A stretch of 64,000 bases of DNA, taken from positions 2,290,416 through 2,354,415 of the forward strand of contig NC_134032.1 of the NCBI RefSeq assembly GCF_964204645.1, written 5' to 3'. The position numbers and the translations under genes are program-made. Of this stretch, positions 1 through 12,443 are shown piece by piece. This DNA is from Tubulanus polymorphus (taxonomy: Eukaryota > Animalia > Nemertea). How positions within the stretch are numbered: position 1 is the first letter of the stretch; every line of letters begins with the position of its first letter. The notes beneath the pieces were generated by a model. It searched no databases, was not told the origin of the DNA, and saw nothing but the letters and a program-made list of their open reading frames with translations.

Positions 1-225
1 GGATCGTACAAAGAGAAAGTCAAGATAAATGTATCGACAACGTATCAACTCTTTGATATTAGATTATAGTAGAGTAAATGGCCCCGTAACTTTCTAATCC
101 CTACCAACCAATTTCATAATGTCGTACCTCTATCTACCGTTTAGATTTGTGTAATTCCTACGGTATCCCTTCTAAGTTTTTATGTATTTCCGACGCATAG
201 CTCCTGCTAATGATGGTGGTTAGCG

Positions 226-355
226 GTAAAAATCCTGTGGGTAACCCCCCCCCCCCCGGTAAAAATCCCCATGGTAAACCCCTCTAGGTAAAATTTCCCC
301 GGGTAAAAATCCCTAGGTAAAATCCCACGGCAAAAATCCCCATGGTAAATTCCCT
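226..355. repeat. short degenerate tandem repeat (ggtaaaaatccc-like)
   Basis: About 7 imperfect copies of GGTAAAA(A)TCCC. Confidence 0.6.
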
Positions 356-605
356 AATCTGCCTTATTAAACTGTTTTGAGGCGTACTCGATTGGGTGTT
401 CCTTCCCATCCTCACCGACTTGACTTAATACCATACCACATGCGAAATTACTTGCATCAGTTTGTAGAATAAATGGTTTGTCAAAGTCTGGGAACTTGAG
501 AATGGGCAGAGTTTGAAGAGCAGCCATTGAAAAATTTTAAGCTTTTCAAAAGCCGTTTGACACTCTTTTGACCACACAAATTTAATATCTTTCTGCAAAA
601 GTGTA
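356..605 (-). mobile_element. Ty3/Gypsy LTR-retrotransposon RT-connection/RNase H fragment
   Basis: Minus strand reads [22 protein letters not shown], then after a frameshift [51 protein letters not shown]: typical Gypsy RNase H motifs (FxLxTDAS, HPIxYAS). Confidence 0.8.
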
Positions 606-1870
606 TATAAGATTTCAATATGCTTTTCTCCAAAATGAGGTTGTAATACATTATAATAGAATTCATACATTAATAGTTTTGATATTTCTAAAACTGAAGC
701 ACCAACATAGATTGGTTTATTAAATTTTATAGAAGTTCTTCTCATTTTAACTGCAGCTAAATTTTCATAAAGATATTCTTTTCCCAATAAATTTAGGATA
801 TGTTTGTAAATGTCTAATTCTTTTATCATTACTAGCTAACTCAATATCATTCTATTTCTTATTTTTTCACAAGTCTTACCATAGAATGCATTATTCATTA
901 ACTTGAAGAAATCTTTCTCGAAATCAGTTTTAGCTTTAGTTCTCTGTTTGGTGTTAAAATCTATATATTTTTCTAACCATTTAGATTGACTGAATGAAAT
1001 ATATCTATGTACTTTTTTTTAGAATCATTCCTTGTTTTAGATAAAACTTCAACATTCTATAATGTACTACATAATTATATTTATCTTCCTGAGTTACCAT
1101 TAACTTTTCTGTATGAATATGATTTTCAGGTTTAGTTCTTTTTTGATAATTTGATAATTCTTCATGTGTTACAGTTTTATGTTCGGGACAGTATGCTAGA
1201 TTTCTAGATTTAAATTTAATGTTTTCAGGATATTCTAAATCTACAACAAAGAAGTAACCAGTGTCTGAATCATCTGCAATATCTAGAATTATTTTCTTCC
1301 AATCAAATTTATCATTATTTTCATGTTGTAAATCTTCACTAATTTCAAATACTCCATAAGGTTGTGGTTCTATCATTGCCCAACCATATAGAGTATTTGC
1401 ATCTATATATAATAACTTATAACCAGGGTTATCATTTACATTGAAAAACCTATCACCTAATCCACCTGAAACTCCTCCTCTTGTAGATTTTTCAAATAAT
1501 AATAATTGATCTATATTTGTTAACAAATCCATTTTTATATCTGTAAATTTTAAACCACAATCCCAAGTTAATCCTGGTGATGAATAACAATGGCAAGGAT
1601 CAATATTAGAACATTTTAGATTTACATCTCTAAACATTTCAAATATATCCGATAATAATAATACATCTGATTTTAAATATAAATCTACTAATTGTCCATG
1701 ATTTTTCATTCCAAAATGATTCCAAATATTCAATGTTCTATTATAGACTTCATCTTTATGTTAACATATTCATTTTTTAATTCATCACAGAATTGTTCTT
1801 TTAATGATTCAGTTATATTGAAATCATTATGCGATTTATAAAATGAATATGGAATTGCGCCTTTATATCG
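606..1870 (-). pseudogene. decayed family-B DNA polymerase, Polinton/Maverick/adintovirus type
   Basis: KGAIPYSF, YLKSDVLLLSDIFEMFR, DPCHCYSSPGLTWD, RGGVSG, LYIDANTLYGWAM (motif A), DFFKLMNNAFYGKT (motif B, in the gap ~870-930 between track ORFs), KPIYVGASVLEISK. Frameshifts near 1733, 1010 and 840; truncated just before motif C (YTDTDS). Confidence 0.88.
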
Positions 1871-3365
1871 GGTGTTACTAAAACTATGCACAACTAAAAC
1901 GAAGACCGAAGACCTATGCACTCATTAGAAATCATAACTAGGGGCGCTATCTGTATTGATCCACAGCTAGATTTTCGTAGTATTTGAAAATGTTTCGTAG
2001 TATTTAGAAATGTTCTTAATGTTGTTTCCGTATGCGTGGGGGTTACGTTAAGGCCGTTAGACAGGAACGTACTAGTAGTAAGAATTACGAAAGTTCTTGT
2101 CTGATGCTTTCATCTACCAACGCAAACCATAAATCAGTCTATAAACAACAATTCTTTCTCGGTTCTTCTGCTGTGAGATCTGGCAAACATTCAGAAAATC
2201 TTTATATAAAACTTTTAAATAGTTGGAACCATATTTGGTCGGGTCGGAACAATGGAGTGTATTTATAATGAGGCTCGTGAAGGGATCACGCTGATACTTG
2301 ATGATATTCCCGGCTACTTTCCGTAAAAGGAAAAACCGGAAGTTTAGGAAGATGTGGTTGTTTTGCTTATCCTGTATTAAAATAGAATCAGTTAAATTGT
2401 AGATAAAATGATTAGTATAAGTATTTCAAATAATTTAAGAATTGATGATCAATCACAATGTATACCGAATCGTAGTTAATTACAATAATTTAAAAAAGAA
2501 ACAATGAATTTGTACTGTAATTGGAAAAGAAAACAAAGTTTTGAAAAGATATCTAATTTGAGTAATCTAGATGTTGTTTAAGAACAAATTGTTAATAATC
2601 GCTAATGTTTTAGAAAAATTAATTTGTGTTAAATGTTAAAACTAGCTGTCTGAAGTTTCTGTTGTCTGTATGCGCTCGTTGGTAATTCACAGACAATAGC
2701 TGCTTTCTCAACAACGACTTGCAAGTAGTGAGTAAATCACAACGCGTCATGACAGGAGGGTTGGAAGAAAAAGTTTATTTCAGCAAATCAGTTTCTAAAA
2801 AACCTTTAGATCAGCAAATCAGTAGGGCTAAATTTTTCCGTTACTAAAAACGGTCATGACAGTTGGGTAGCTGCTCCTTGCCAAAAAGCGGAAGACCCTG
2901 CGTGGGAGAATCGGAATTCTGAGAATGCCGGTTCTTTCTACAAAAGGGGGCCGCTATCGAGAGAGAGGAGATAATCTGTACCCTAGTAAGACGAGTGTCG
3001 ACAGCAGGATAGGAGAAGCTTCGGAACGATAGGGATTCATATACAATAGGGATTAGGAAAATCATTCTTTGTTCAAGGTAAATAAAATATATTATCTTCA
3101 ATATTATCATCCGGTATTTCAATTTATTCATTCGGATTTGTGCACGGACACGTTCTCTCGCCAGGGCCTTACTCAAGTATTTTATAGATAACGATTAAAG
3201 AGAGGATTGTGACCGGTGTATCAGTATATTCAACCACCTCTGTCGATGAGTATAGGCAATAGGGACCTACTCGATATAAACATACATAAGGAAACGTAAA
3301 ATGTTCGTTTATTTTTCTCGGGTGCATAGGTCCTCGTTTTAGTAGTGCATAGCTTTAGTAACACC
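1871..3365. mobile_element. non-autonomous TIR element truncating the PolB gene
   Basis: ggtgttactaaaactatgcac..actaaaacgaagac..ctatgcac (1871-1921) is the inverse of gtgcataggtcctcgttttagtagtgcatagctttagtaacacc (3322-3365); a third copy lies at ~3378-3415. No clear TSD. Confidence 0.6.
2850..3223 (+). mobile_element. LTR-like sequence, copy 1 (3' part)
   Basis: Homologous to 3960-4386 (gctgctcctt.., agaatgccg.ttctttcta.aaaaggg, cggacacgttctctcgccaggg, agaggatt.tgaccgg.gtatca); AATAAA present and ends in CA. Confidence 0.45.
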
Positions 3366-3959
3366 TACACACGCAAAACTAAAACTATGCATGACTAAAA
3401 CGAAGACCTATGCACTTTGACAAAACTTACTTCAAACCTGGGATTATTCACGCAACCACTTCGGGGAAGCTCCAGCTACGACTATGCCGACAAATGTACG
3501 TATTTACGACGAATGAAACGGAGTTTTCATCTATAAATGTGCGATTTCTATTATATAAGATTTGCTGCGTTGTCGTTGCTAATACATGGACAACAATTGC
3601 ATTTGGTCCTGATATACGGGAAAGAATATATAACCGATCTATGAATGAATTATCATGGAAATATGTTCCAAGGGTTATTGCGCCACGCTCCGTCACTGTT
3701 ATAACCATCCCGGTCATAATTCAGTACGGTATGCCCTACCGTAATAAATCAAAAATAAAATACTACCTGGTACTCGAAAATTCCTAAATGCATCGTTCAC
3801 ATACTTTGGAAAATATTCAACTGAAATAATTTGAAAGTTTCCTCAATTTATGTTGATAACTGCTACTGCCTACCGGCAAATGTACTATATGCCTGACCAT
3901 GAGCAAAAATGTCTTTCTAGAATACAGCAAATCGAATATGATATAAATCGCACATTACA

Positions 3960-4386
3960 GTCATGACCGTTACGTTGCTGCTCCTTACCAAAAGTCGAGT
4001 GGGAGAGTCGGTATTTTAAGAATGCCGATTCTTTCTATAAAAGGGACCCGCATCTTGAGAGAGCAGCCACTCGGTAGACACTCAAAAGACACTCGATAGG
4101 GATTCGATAGTTACTTGTTAAAAGCTTGTTTGGGACTTGATTCAGGACGGGTTACCAACAGGAGAGTGCAATAGGAATTTAGAGCTAGGATTTGGATTGT
4201 GTTAAACTGGAGAGCTGTGTTTCAAAACATTAAGGTAAATAAATTCATCTTGTATTGTTATATCCATTCAAAATTTCCGGTATTCTAGTTTTACTTGGGT
4301 TTGTGCGCGGACACGTTCTCTCGCCAGGGACCGATTATTGCTTATATTATTATACGACTAAGGAGAGGATTTTGACCGGCGTATCA
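3960..4386 (+). mobile_element. LTR-like sequence, copy 2 (diverged)
   Basis: Direct diverged homolog of 2850-3223 with TATAAAAGGG, AATAAA and a ...GTATCA end. Confidence 0.45.
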
Positions 4387-5075
4387 ATAGGTAAAAAATA
4401 ATGTATAATAATAATAATATTTATTTCGCCATGTACATATGCAGTATAAATGATATATAGATTATAAACAATTTACATACATACGAGGCTGGATGCTTGG
4501 AAAGCCTTAGTATTAGGAATTAGGAACTTTTCTCGATAAAATATAACAAAGTTGTTAATGATACAAACATCCACTATTTACAATATATTAACTATTATAG
4601 GGATCTATAAACATCTAATCCTATTTTGATGAATTTATTTAACTGATTTGTAGGATGTTTTGAGATATGTATGCGTTAACCAGCTAGTGCTGCCGTCTAC
4701 AGTCAATTAAACTCACTGAATGATCCACCGCTTGAGAACACTCATAAAAATACACTGCAAGTCACAACTTCACAGTAAGATTTACAGACACTAGAAAGAG
4801 ACTAGAAACAAAGTGAGAAAACTGAACTACAGAATATGAAATGATCCACCTTATGACTACATGAAATTGGAACTACTGTCAATCCTGGAACAACCTAGAC
4901 CAGATAATCCTTAGAAACATAAACCAATCCTTATTAACGGAACACTAATATTCGTATGCTATGTTCTTCTGAAGCTTATTTCACATAAGTTATAGTACAA
5001 AAATATACGAAATATCAGAAATAGCGGATATATGTAAATCCATCAAATGTATCATCGTTATTTAACAACACTAAA

Positions 5076-5408
5076 TGTCCATCATAATTTTTGTATACAT
5101 TTCATCTATATTCTATATTCCTTTAATGTTTAAATGTTTACGCGTAATATGCTCTTTGTTTCTTGAGACAGTGTGTCTGTGTCTAATGCGTTAATTGTTG
5201 TTTGTCTCACTGTCATGTCACTATTCGTCACCTTTGTTTTTGTATCATTTTCCATGTCTCCACCTGTCTCGTATCTCAATGTATATAAATAAGTTTGTGT
5301 GTAAAAATAAATCAGTCCCAGTTTTGGTATTCCAAGCTGTTAGTTAAGTATCACTCTCTTCGCTCTGTTCCGGATTTCCGACGTCGACCATTCTTCGAGA
5401 ATAGGACA
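5076..5408 (+). mobile_element. probable solo LTR
   Basis: TGTCC...GGACA inverted termini, TATATAAA at ~5282, AATAAA at ~5305; the interval is absent from duplication copy B. Confidence 0.45.
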
Positions 5409-6051
5409 GAAAATAGCTATGTTAAAGTTAACCCTGAAAGTGCTGTTAGGATCTGATGAAATATTGCAGATCGAAAATTTCTCCAGAATTGTAAATTTGG
5501 ATTCTGGGGCTCAATATCATAGAATGAATCTACACCTCGGAATTCTACTCTGAAAACCGGTTATTCGTGTTTCCCGCTGATAACTGCTGTAAGATGAGTC
5601 CATCCATCTAAATGTCTCCGGTTATCCCAAACACTGGTTAATGGCCCGATCCGTTTCTGTCCAATTTACCGCGAAAACTTGCTTATTCTTCCACCTGAAA
5701 ACAGGAATAATATGAGTTAGTAATAAATCTAACCGGCGATTTTATATCATTCACTCCGTAGGTGTTTAACGCTCAAGACCCGGTACCTATCCCGGTACGT
5801 GTGGTTAATCTGATTATCATCGGTCTGGATTTCATAACCCCCCCCCCTTTATTTTGCGCCGAGCCAATGAGCAACATCGGTTTCTACTGACCGGTCGTCA
5901 AATTTGCTTTGGGGAACTTTCATAATGCCTCGGCTTTAACCGCACATGTTTCACCATCCGATCCCGACAGACCAGTTTCTATTTCTTAGTTTTTACACAC
6001 CCCTCCGAGTCTAATTTACTGTAATTTGTATTCTGCTTATGTAAACTATAA

Positions 6052-7031
6052 CCTCGTCTACACTAGCTGATTGAACCCGGGTTTCAACCAAAAACCCCCG
6101 GTGAGTAGCGTCTACACTAGCTCATTGAACACGGGTTTCAACCAAAAAACCGCGGTGAGTTGCGTCTACACAGCTCATTGAACCCGGGTTTCAACCAAAA
6201 ACCCGCGGTGAGTAGCGTCTACACTAGCTCATTGAACCCGGGTTTCAACCAAAAACCCCCGGTGAGTAGCGTCTACACTAGCTGATTGAACCCGGGTTTC
6301 AACCAAAAACCCCCGGTGAGTAGCGTCTACACTAGCTGATTGAACCCGGGTTTCAACCAAAAACCCGCGGTGAGTAGCGACTACACTAGCTCATTGAACC
6401 CGGGTTTCAACCAAAAACCCCCGGTGAGTAGCGTCTACACTAGCTCATTGAACCCGGGTTTCAACCAAAAACCCCCGGTGAGTAGCGTCTACACTAGCTC
6501 ATTGAACCCGCGTTTCAACCAAAAACCCGCGGTGAGTAGCGTCTACACTAGCTCATTGAACCCGGGTTTCAACCAAAAACCCCCGGTGAGTAGCGTCTAC
6601 ACTAGCTCATTGAACCCGCGTTTCAACCAAAAACCCGCGGTGAGTAGCGTCTACACTAGCTCATTGAACCCGGGTTTCAACCAAAAACCCCCGGTGAGTA
6701 GCGTCTACACTAGCTCATTGAACCCGGGTTTCAACCAAAAACCCGCGGTGAGTAGCGACTACACTAGCTCATTGAACCCGGGTTTCAACCAAAAACCCCC
6801 GGTGAGTAGCGTCTACACTAGCTCATTGAACCCGGGTTTCAACCAAAAAACCCCGGTGAGTAGCGTCTACACTAGCTCATTGAACCCGGGTTTCAACCAA
6901 AAACCCGCGGTGAGTAGCGTCTACACTAGCTCATTGAACCCGCGTTTCAACCAAAAACCCGCGGTGAGTAGCGTCTACACTAGCTCATTGAACCCGGGTT
7001 TCAACCAAAACCCGTGGTGAGTAGCGTCTAC
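6052..7031 (+). repeat. 54-bp tandem satellite (~18 copies)
   Basis: Unit tctacactagctcattgaacccgggtttcaaccaaaaacccccggtgagtagcg; accounts for the repetitive ORF 6340-7020. Confidence 0.97.
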
Positions 7032-8602
7032 TCTTAATGCAGTTTAGGTAAGTAAGAATCCATATCTGTAGTGCAAGTTCTAGGTTAACTGCGGCGCCGA
7101 GCGCTGCATTGAACGCGGGTTTACTGTCTACACCAGCGAAAATGCGATGTTTTACGCGAACGCGGGTTCAATGCGGGCGTGTACTCTTCTGTTTCGAGAA
7201 GGGTTTCTAAAACCCGGGTTTAGTGGGGAAACTCCGCATTGAACGCGTGTTTGAACCTGTAATATTCTTACGTTGGAAAACTTGATTAGTTTTCAAACGT
7301 CAAATTCTCCGCGACGTTTTTCCGAATATTCGCCTTGGATAATCGGTGACTTTTAGTTACCTACTCGCATCAAAAATGACGTCATTCTGTGACTCAGCAA
7401 ACAACACGCGCGATACATGCATCAGAAATTATATTATCCTAGTTTTAAAAATTTCTATTAGCAAATATATCTAGTTTAGTAATAACAAAATATCTACGTG
7501 CAAATTAGTAATTAGAATTAATTAAAAAAAAATGACAAAAATATCATCGACTTTTCTAAGGTACCATGCCGGTTTGAGTTTGGAAATAAAACGGTAACAA
7601 ACTCTCAGAATTTGCTGGATTGAGTTCGGCTACTAGAGTAGGGTCTAACTGGCTACGCGTGGTTACACCATCATCTTGTTTTAAATATAGGCGATTGTCG
7701 CCGCATTAAACATCCCGGACGTAGCGTTTTTAAGAAGTTCTTTAAATGCGCTCTTATATCATATGAGGGTTTGTAATGTTGAGTTATAAATATAATCTGA
7801 ATTCGGGTTTACATAAGTTTTTTTTCAAGCGACGCCGGTTTGTGAGTTCATAACTGATACAGTAGGCCTATATCGAAAGGGTGAAATTTTCTGGAAAACT
7901 TTTGAGTCTTTCCAGAAATTTCCAGGAACTGTTTAGCATGAGATTGCTGTTGTATTATCTGGTTTGTATTATTTGACTCGGGTCTGATCCGTGCCAATTT
8001 GACCCGAGCCTGATCCGTGCCAATTTGGCCCGGGCCAAATCGTCTCCGTGTGATCGCGACTTATGTCAACTATCGACTGGTTAACTCTTAGCCAATCTAT
8101 CAGCATCTGCAGCTCCTGATATAGTTATGGTTATGTGTAGAAATCTATAGTTTATTTGATTGCTATAACAGTTGAAAGTTAATTATGGTTTTGCAGAGAA
8201 AGAAAAAGAATTATAAAAAAGACGAATTTTCGATTTCAAAATTGAAAGTGTGTTTAAGCAAAAACGTTCTTTAGTTTAATCGGAATGATTAGAATAAATC
8301 GCAACGCAGCAAAATTAAGATAATATTTCCGAGGGTTTTTTGAACGCTCTTCAGAGACAATGATCTCTTGTATTATTCCCGAAATAGTGACAATATACAA
8401 GGAAGGCGCAGCTAGTGTGAAATGTGACGAGATGACGATTCTAATAGATGCGGGTGTTTTATTATACAGCCGTCATTTATGGGCGCTTCAGACCGCAAAG
8501 TATCACGTGATAATTATTCGCACATTCATTGGCTAGTCGATGACTCGCTTGTCGACGGGCGTTTCCAGCTGCAGCTAGCACACGACAGCAATTTCCCAAT
8601 AT

Positions 8603-9070
8603 CAGTCGCGGATTCAGAGCCATTCGGTGACTACAGCACAGTGAAAAAAGGGCACCAACTTTGAAAAGGGCCAGTATTAATGCCCAGCGAGCGGGTTTGA
8701 GTTTGAGTGCCATTTATTGGTATCATGCCACTAAATTTGCCTTAACATTCAATTTGCTTGTGCCTTTTTAGATTTTTTGGCGAAATTTCCCCTTTTTCGA
8801 TTAGATTTATAGAGCAACAATAAGTCTCTTTTATAATAGTGCCTTTTTGGGTAAAGGAAAATGCCTTAGATTGCCTTTTATGATTTTGGTCAATTTATTT
8901 CCATTCACATTTTGCTTTAGTCCTAGTACAGAAAGGTAATTATTTTTTTATGGCGGACAGATTGTGTTCCTTTTTATTTACTTTTTTCCCGAAACAAACA
9001 TTTTTCGAGGGCTTTTGAAAACTGCGACTACCGCACGTGCTGCATGTGCGATAGTCCGGATCCGCGCCTG
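8603..9070. mobile_element. MITE with CAG..GCGGAT TIRs and 5-bp TSD
   Basis: cagtcgcggattc...ggatccgcgcctg flanked by AATAT/AATAT; paralogous copy at 29509-29982. Confidence 0.8.
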
Positions 9071-11504
9071 AATATCAAACATGTTTGATATTGGGGCGCG
9101 ATGCGGAGTAAATCCTCTCGACGACGAGCGATTTCTGTCGCCGGTTGTCGAGCGGTTGCGTGCGCCGGGCTTTAGGTTATTTCGAAAATAGTGACCATTT
9201 ACGAGGAAGGCAAGATGATAAATAGATTCTGGTAGATATCCAGCCATCATTCCTTTATCATAGAGTATTTCAATTCAGATTATGAAGGTCCAGGATTTAT
9301 TTTATACACTTAATGTAACTAATAACAAAGATAGAATGGATGATAGTAGAAATATGATTAGAAAATAACCGCGTCTAATTAATGAACTAATGAAAGCCAA
9401 TAAGTATTAAATGGAAACTCCTGTTGATTTAGGGGAAAATAAGTCGACTGTTTGGACCTCGCAGATTGATTCTCGACCTGAGGGAAATTGGTAATAACGC
9501 GAATTAATTCGAAAGGGTTTTAGAAAATGCAAATATATCTGTGAAGCATTTTGAAACCACGCAACTCGAGCAGGAATCGAAATCGATTATAATACGAAAT
9601 ATAAAAAATACATAAAAATCTCAAATCTCAAAATCAATTTATCATTCATTTTTTGGCAATATCGACTGTGATATAAGGAAGCTATGTTCAATTATCCGCC
9701 CACCTTCAAGCCCCTATCCCTCTAGATATTTCAATCAGAGACGATTATGTGTTTTCAAAAGTTTATTATTAGAGTGCGTCAATAGAGGAGAGAGAGATAA
9801 TGATCCCGGGTCATTCACAAGATAACGTCTCGTACAAGGAAGTGAAATTATTTGTCAAAAAACGATGGTTTCCTATGCTATAATACAACGCAGTTTTCTC
9901 ATTTAAATAAAAAGATTGCAATCTCGATCGCAAATCGTCTGAAGGTTTACCCTAACCTCCCCTAGCCCTGGAGGACCCCTAAACCTAACCCTCTGGGCCC
10001 TTTTCTCACCCCTATTTTCAAACCCTTATTGATGTGCAGTCGTGGCCGTGGCCATGTTTCAGAAGGTACCAGTATAATACCACGGAATATAAATGTTCTA
10101 AACTCGAAAGGGGGACGCCTTTGAATTTCTGATATTTTTCGAGCCTCAGGACCTTTGGTCCTCTAGTTTTTCAACAGTTGAGCAATGGATGATTATAAAA
10201 TGCCCCCCTCCCGATATACCGCCCACATTTTATCGGTGTAGAGAGTATGGCGGTATTTTACTATGTATTTGTATTGGGAATACCTGGCGGTAGGCGGGGG
10301 TGGCTGTAAATGGGAGGGCAGTATATCGGCGGTTGACTGTACTCTCGATTGACCACTGATAATGAATTTTATTGAAAGTATTATATATGTATACACGTAT
10401 GATTAACCACCCTAAAAATGGTCAAAAAATGGTCAAAAAATGGTCTATACCTACTAGTCAAATATCTTCACTCAGTAATTTAGATTGCGTGTGATTAATT
10501 ATCTTTGTATCATAATTATCCTGTCACTCAGTAATTTGAAATTGTTTGTAATTAGCCTCGTCTTATTCTGTATAAATACCAGTATGATATGTAAATCTAA
10601 TCACTTGCGCTATGCCTGACGAGGGGATAACGTAACAATAAATATATATTACTCATTACAAAATGAGATTTGTTCTGTTTTTGCTTCTATGGACTTTGAA
10701 CCTAAAAATGGTTACAAGCCTAACAGATTAGAGAAGAGCAAACTGGAGGGGGTGCTAAAGTACAATACTGAATATAGGTAAGTTAGATATAGGCCTTTTA
10801 AATAGAACATTGATAAGATTGTTGCAGTTTAACTTTTTTTTAAGGTAGAAATTTTTCCCACTGTGCAAAAAGTGGCATTTTTACATTGGCATTGTTTTCC
10901 TACGTTGCAAAATTCGGTGGTATTTTCACCGGTGGCATTTCTTCCGGTGGAATAATTTCCGTATATTCATACAATAGAGGGTATGAAATTATTTTTTTTG
11001 ACCACTCGCATGTATTTTCTAAAGAAAATGGATAAATCATTTATTATTGGATAATAGATTCTTGTCTGTTATGTTTCATGTGGTGGCTTTTCGATACATG
11101 CCTTTGTGTATTATCATCTGCATATCATTATCTACAGATTCCCAAAATTGACGACTCAAACAAAAGCCCTTCCGATCCTACAAACTATTTAAATTACGCT
11201 TTATCAACTTCACACCTTGGGTCCCACCATCTTCGTATTTAAACTGGGCGACGCCACAAACCTCCAATACCGGATACTCTAACAGTGCAAGGTCTGATAT
11301 TTGCACGTATTTTGATACTTTCACCGATTTCATGACCCTGTCTCACTCGGATAAATTCGCTTTTCTCTCCTACAATAACAACGATTGTCAGGAGTTTTCT
11401 GAGTGCGATAAGCTTCAAGTTGAATTGTACAGAATGAACCCACTGATCTTATCAAGGTTTTAAGTCAGTAATCAGCTGCTATACATATTTGATGATTTCT
11501 TTTG

Positions 11505-11885
11505 CAACATCAGTATTCCTGAAGATGGCTATTGGGATATAGTTAAAACGTTGAATAAACTACACTAGCTCAAGGAAACATTTCAGACTCTTTTTATTCT
11601 TAGTGTGCAGGGATTTTATATTATCTTTACAACACGGACTCAGAGCGTTTCATCAATGGTTATAATGAGGACAACATCAGTATTCCTGAAGATGACTATT
11701 AGGATATAGTCGAAACGTTGAATAAACTACACTAGCTCAAGGAAACATTTCAGACTATTTTTATTCTTAGTGTGCAGGGATTTTATATTATCTTTACAAC
11801 ACGGACTCAGAGTGTTTCATCAATGGTTATAATGAGGACAACATCAGTATTCCTGAAGATGACTATTAGGATATAGTCGAAACAT
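11505..11885 (+). repeat. 167-bp tandem repeat (2.3 copies), Penelope pLTR/retrozyme-like
   Basis: Units start at 11505, 11672 and 11839; each carries cctgaagatg-hairpin-(g)aaac, followed by AATAAA in units 1 and 2. Confidence 0.85.
11681..11724 (+). ncRNA. minimal type I hammerhead ribozyme
   Basis: Stem I tattc/gaata; core CTGAAGA-T; stem II gactat(taggat)atagtc; GAAAC-GTT cleavage triplet with palindromic ACGT stem III. Confidence 0.72.
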
Positions 11886-12120
11886 TAAATGAAATACTGT
11901 TCAATGAAACATGTTCTAAAAATTTAATTCGACCAAATTACTTATTCTGGTATTATGCCCTTCTAATAATTTTGGCGTTTCAATTTTATTATCAATTTAA
12001 CGGTCTCTGGGAATTCTTTTTTGTTCTCGCTTAACGTAGTTCAGATCCTGTTCTCCCCAAGACCACCATATTTGTTTATCCATTTAACCTAACCGAAATA
12101 AAAAAAGAACAGTTTACTCA

Positions 12121-12443
12121 CCATCTGTCCAGATCGGGATCGGGGACGTGGTCGACTTTTCGTCTTTACGAAACAGTTGACAAACGGATGATTTCGCACC
12201 GCGACGCGTGAAGCTCATCGCACGGCAATCCGCTCGCAAGGTGCACGCTTCCGAACATCGTAACCGTGATTTCAAATTTGTAACGGTCGCCAAAACGGAC
12301 AATCTCGCACCAGTGCCCACCGTAGACCGGTTTAGCGACATCTGCCGCCGCTGCTGTTGCGGCAGTGCCCGGCATGGGTAACATATACAGCAGATCAGAG
12401 CGGTGAATATAAAACCTACTAGGCAGCCGTTAAAGGAACTCAT
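12121..12443 (-). CDS. secreted PAN/apple-domain protein, first coding exon
   Basis: Hydrophobic signal peptide (MSSFNGCLVGFIFTALICCICYPCRA), then SRLRCSEACTLRADCRAMSF...CQL (PAN C-x3-C-x5-C..F..C pattern); GTGAGT donor follows. Downstream exon uncertain (candidate acceptor ~11390). Confidence 0.65.

Larger units (their letters stand above)
4510..10027 (+). repeat. segmental duplication, copy A
   Basis: Collinear high-identity match to 26639-30924, from gtattaggaattaggaacttttctcg to ttttcaaaccctta, with internal indels. Confidence 0.95.

Noticed and set aside
3410-3787. Overlapping ORFs, possible transposase N-terminal fragment
   Set aside because: No convincing motif by eye
6052-7031. CRISPR array or 226-aa repeat protein
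   Set aside because: Units are contiguous and near-identical with no unique spacers and no cas genes, in a eukaryotic context; the ORF has no ATG start and results from the 54-bp periodicity
8477-9250. ORFs conserved between the two duplicated copies
   Set aside because: Conservation follows from the recent duplication; the ORFs run into a MITE and have no recognisable domain
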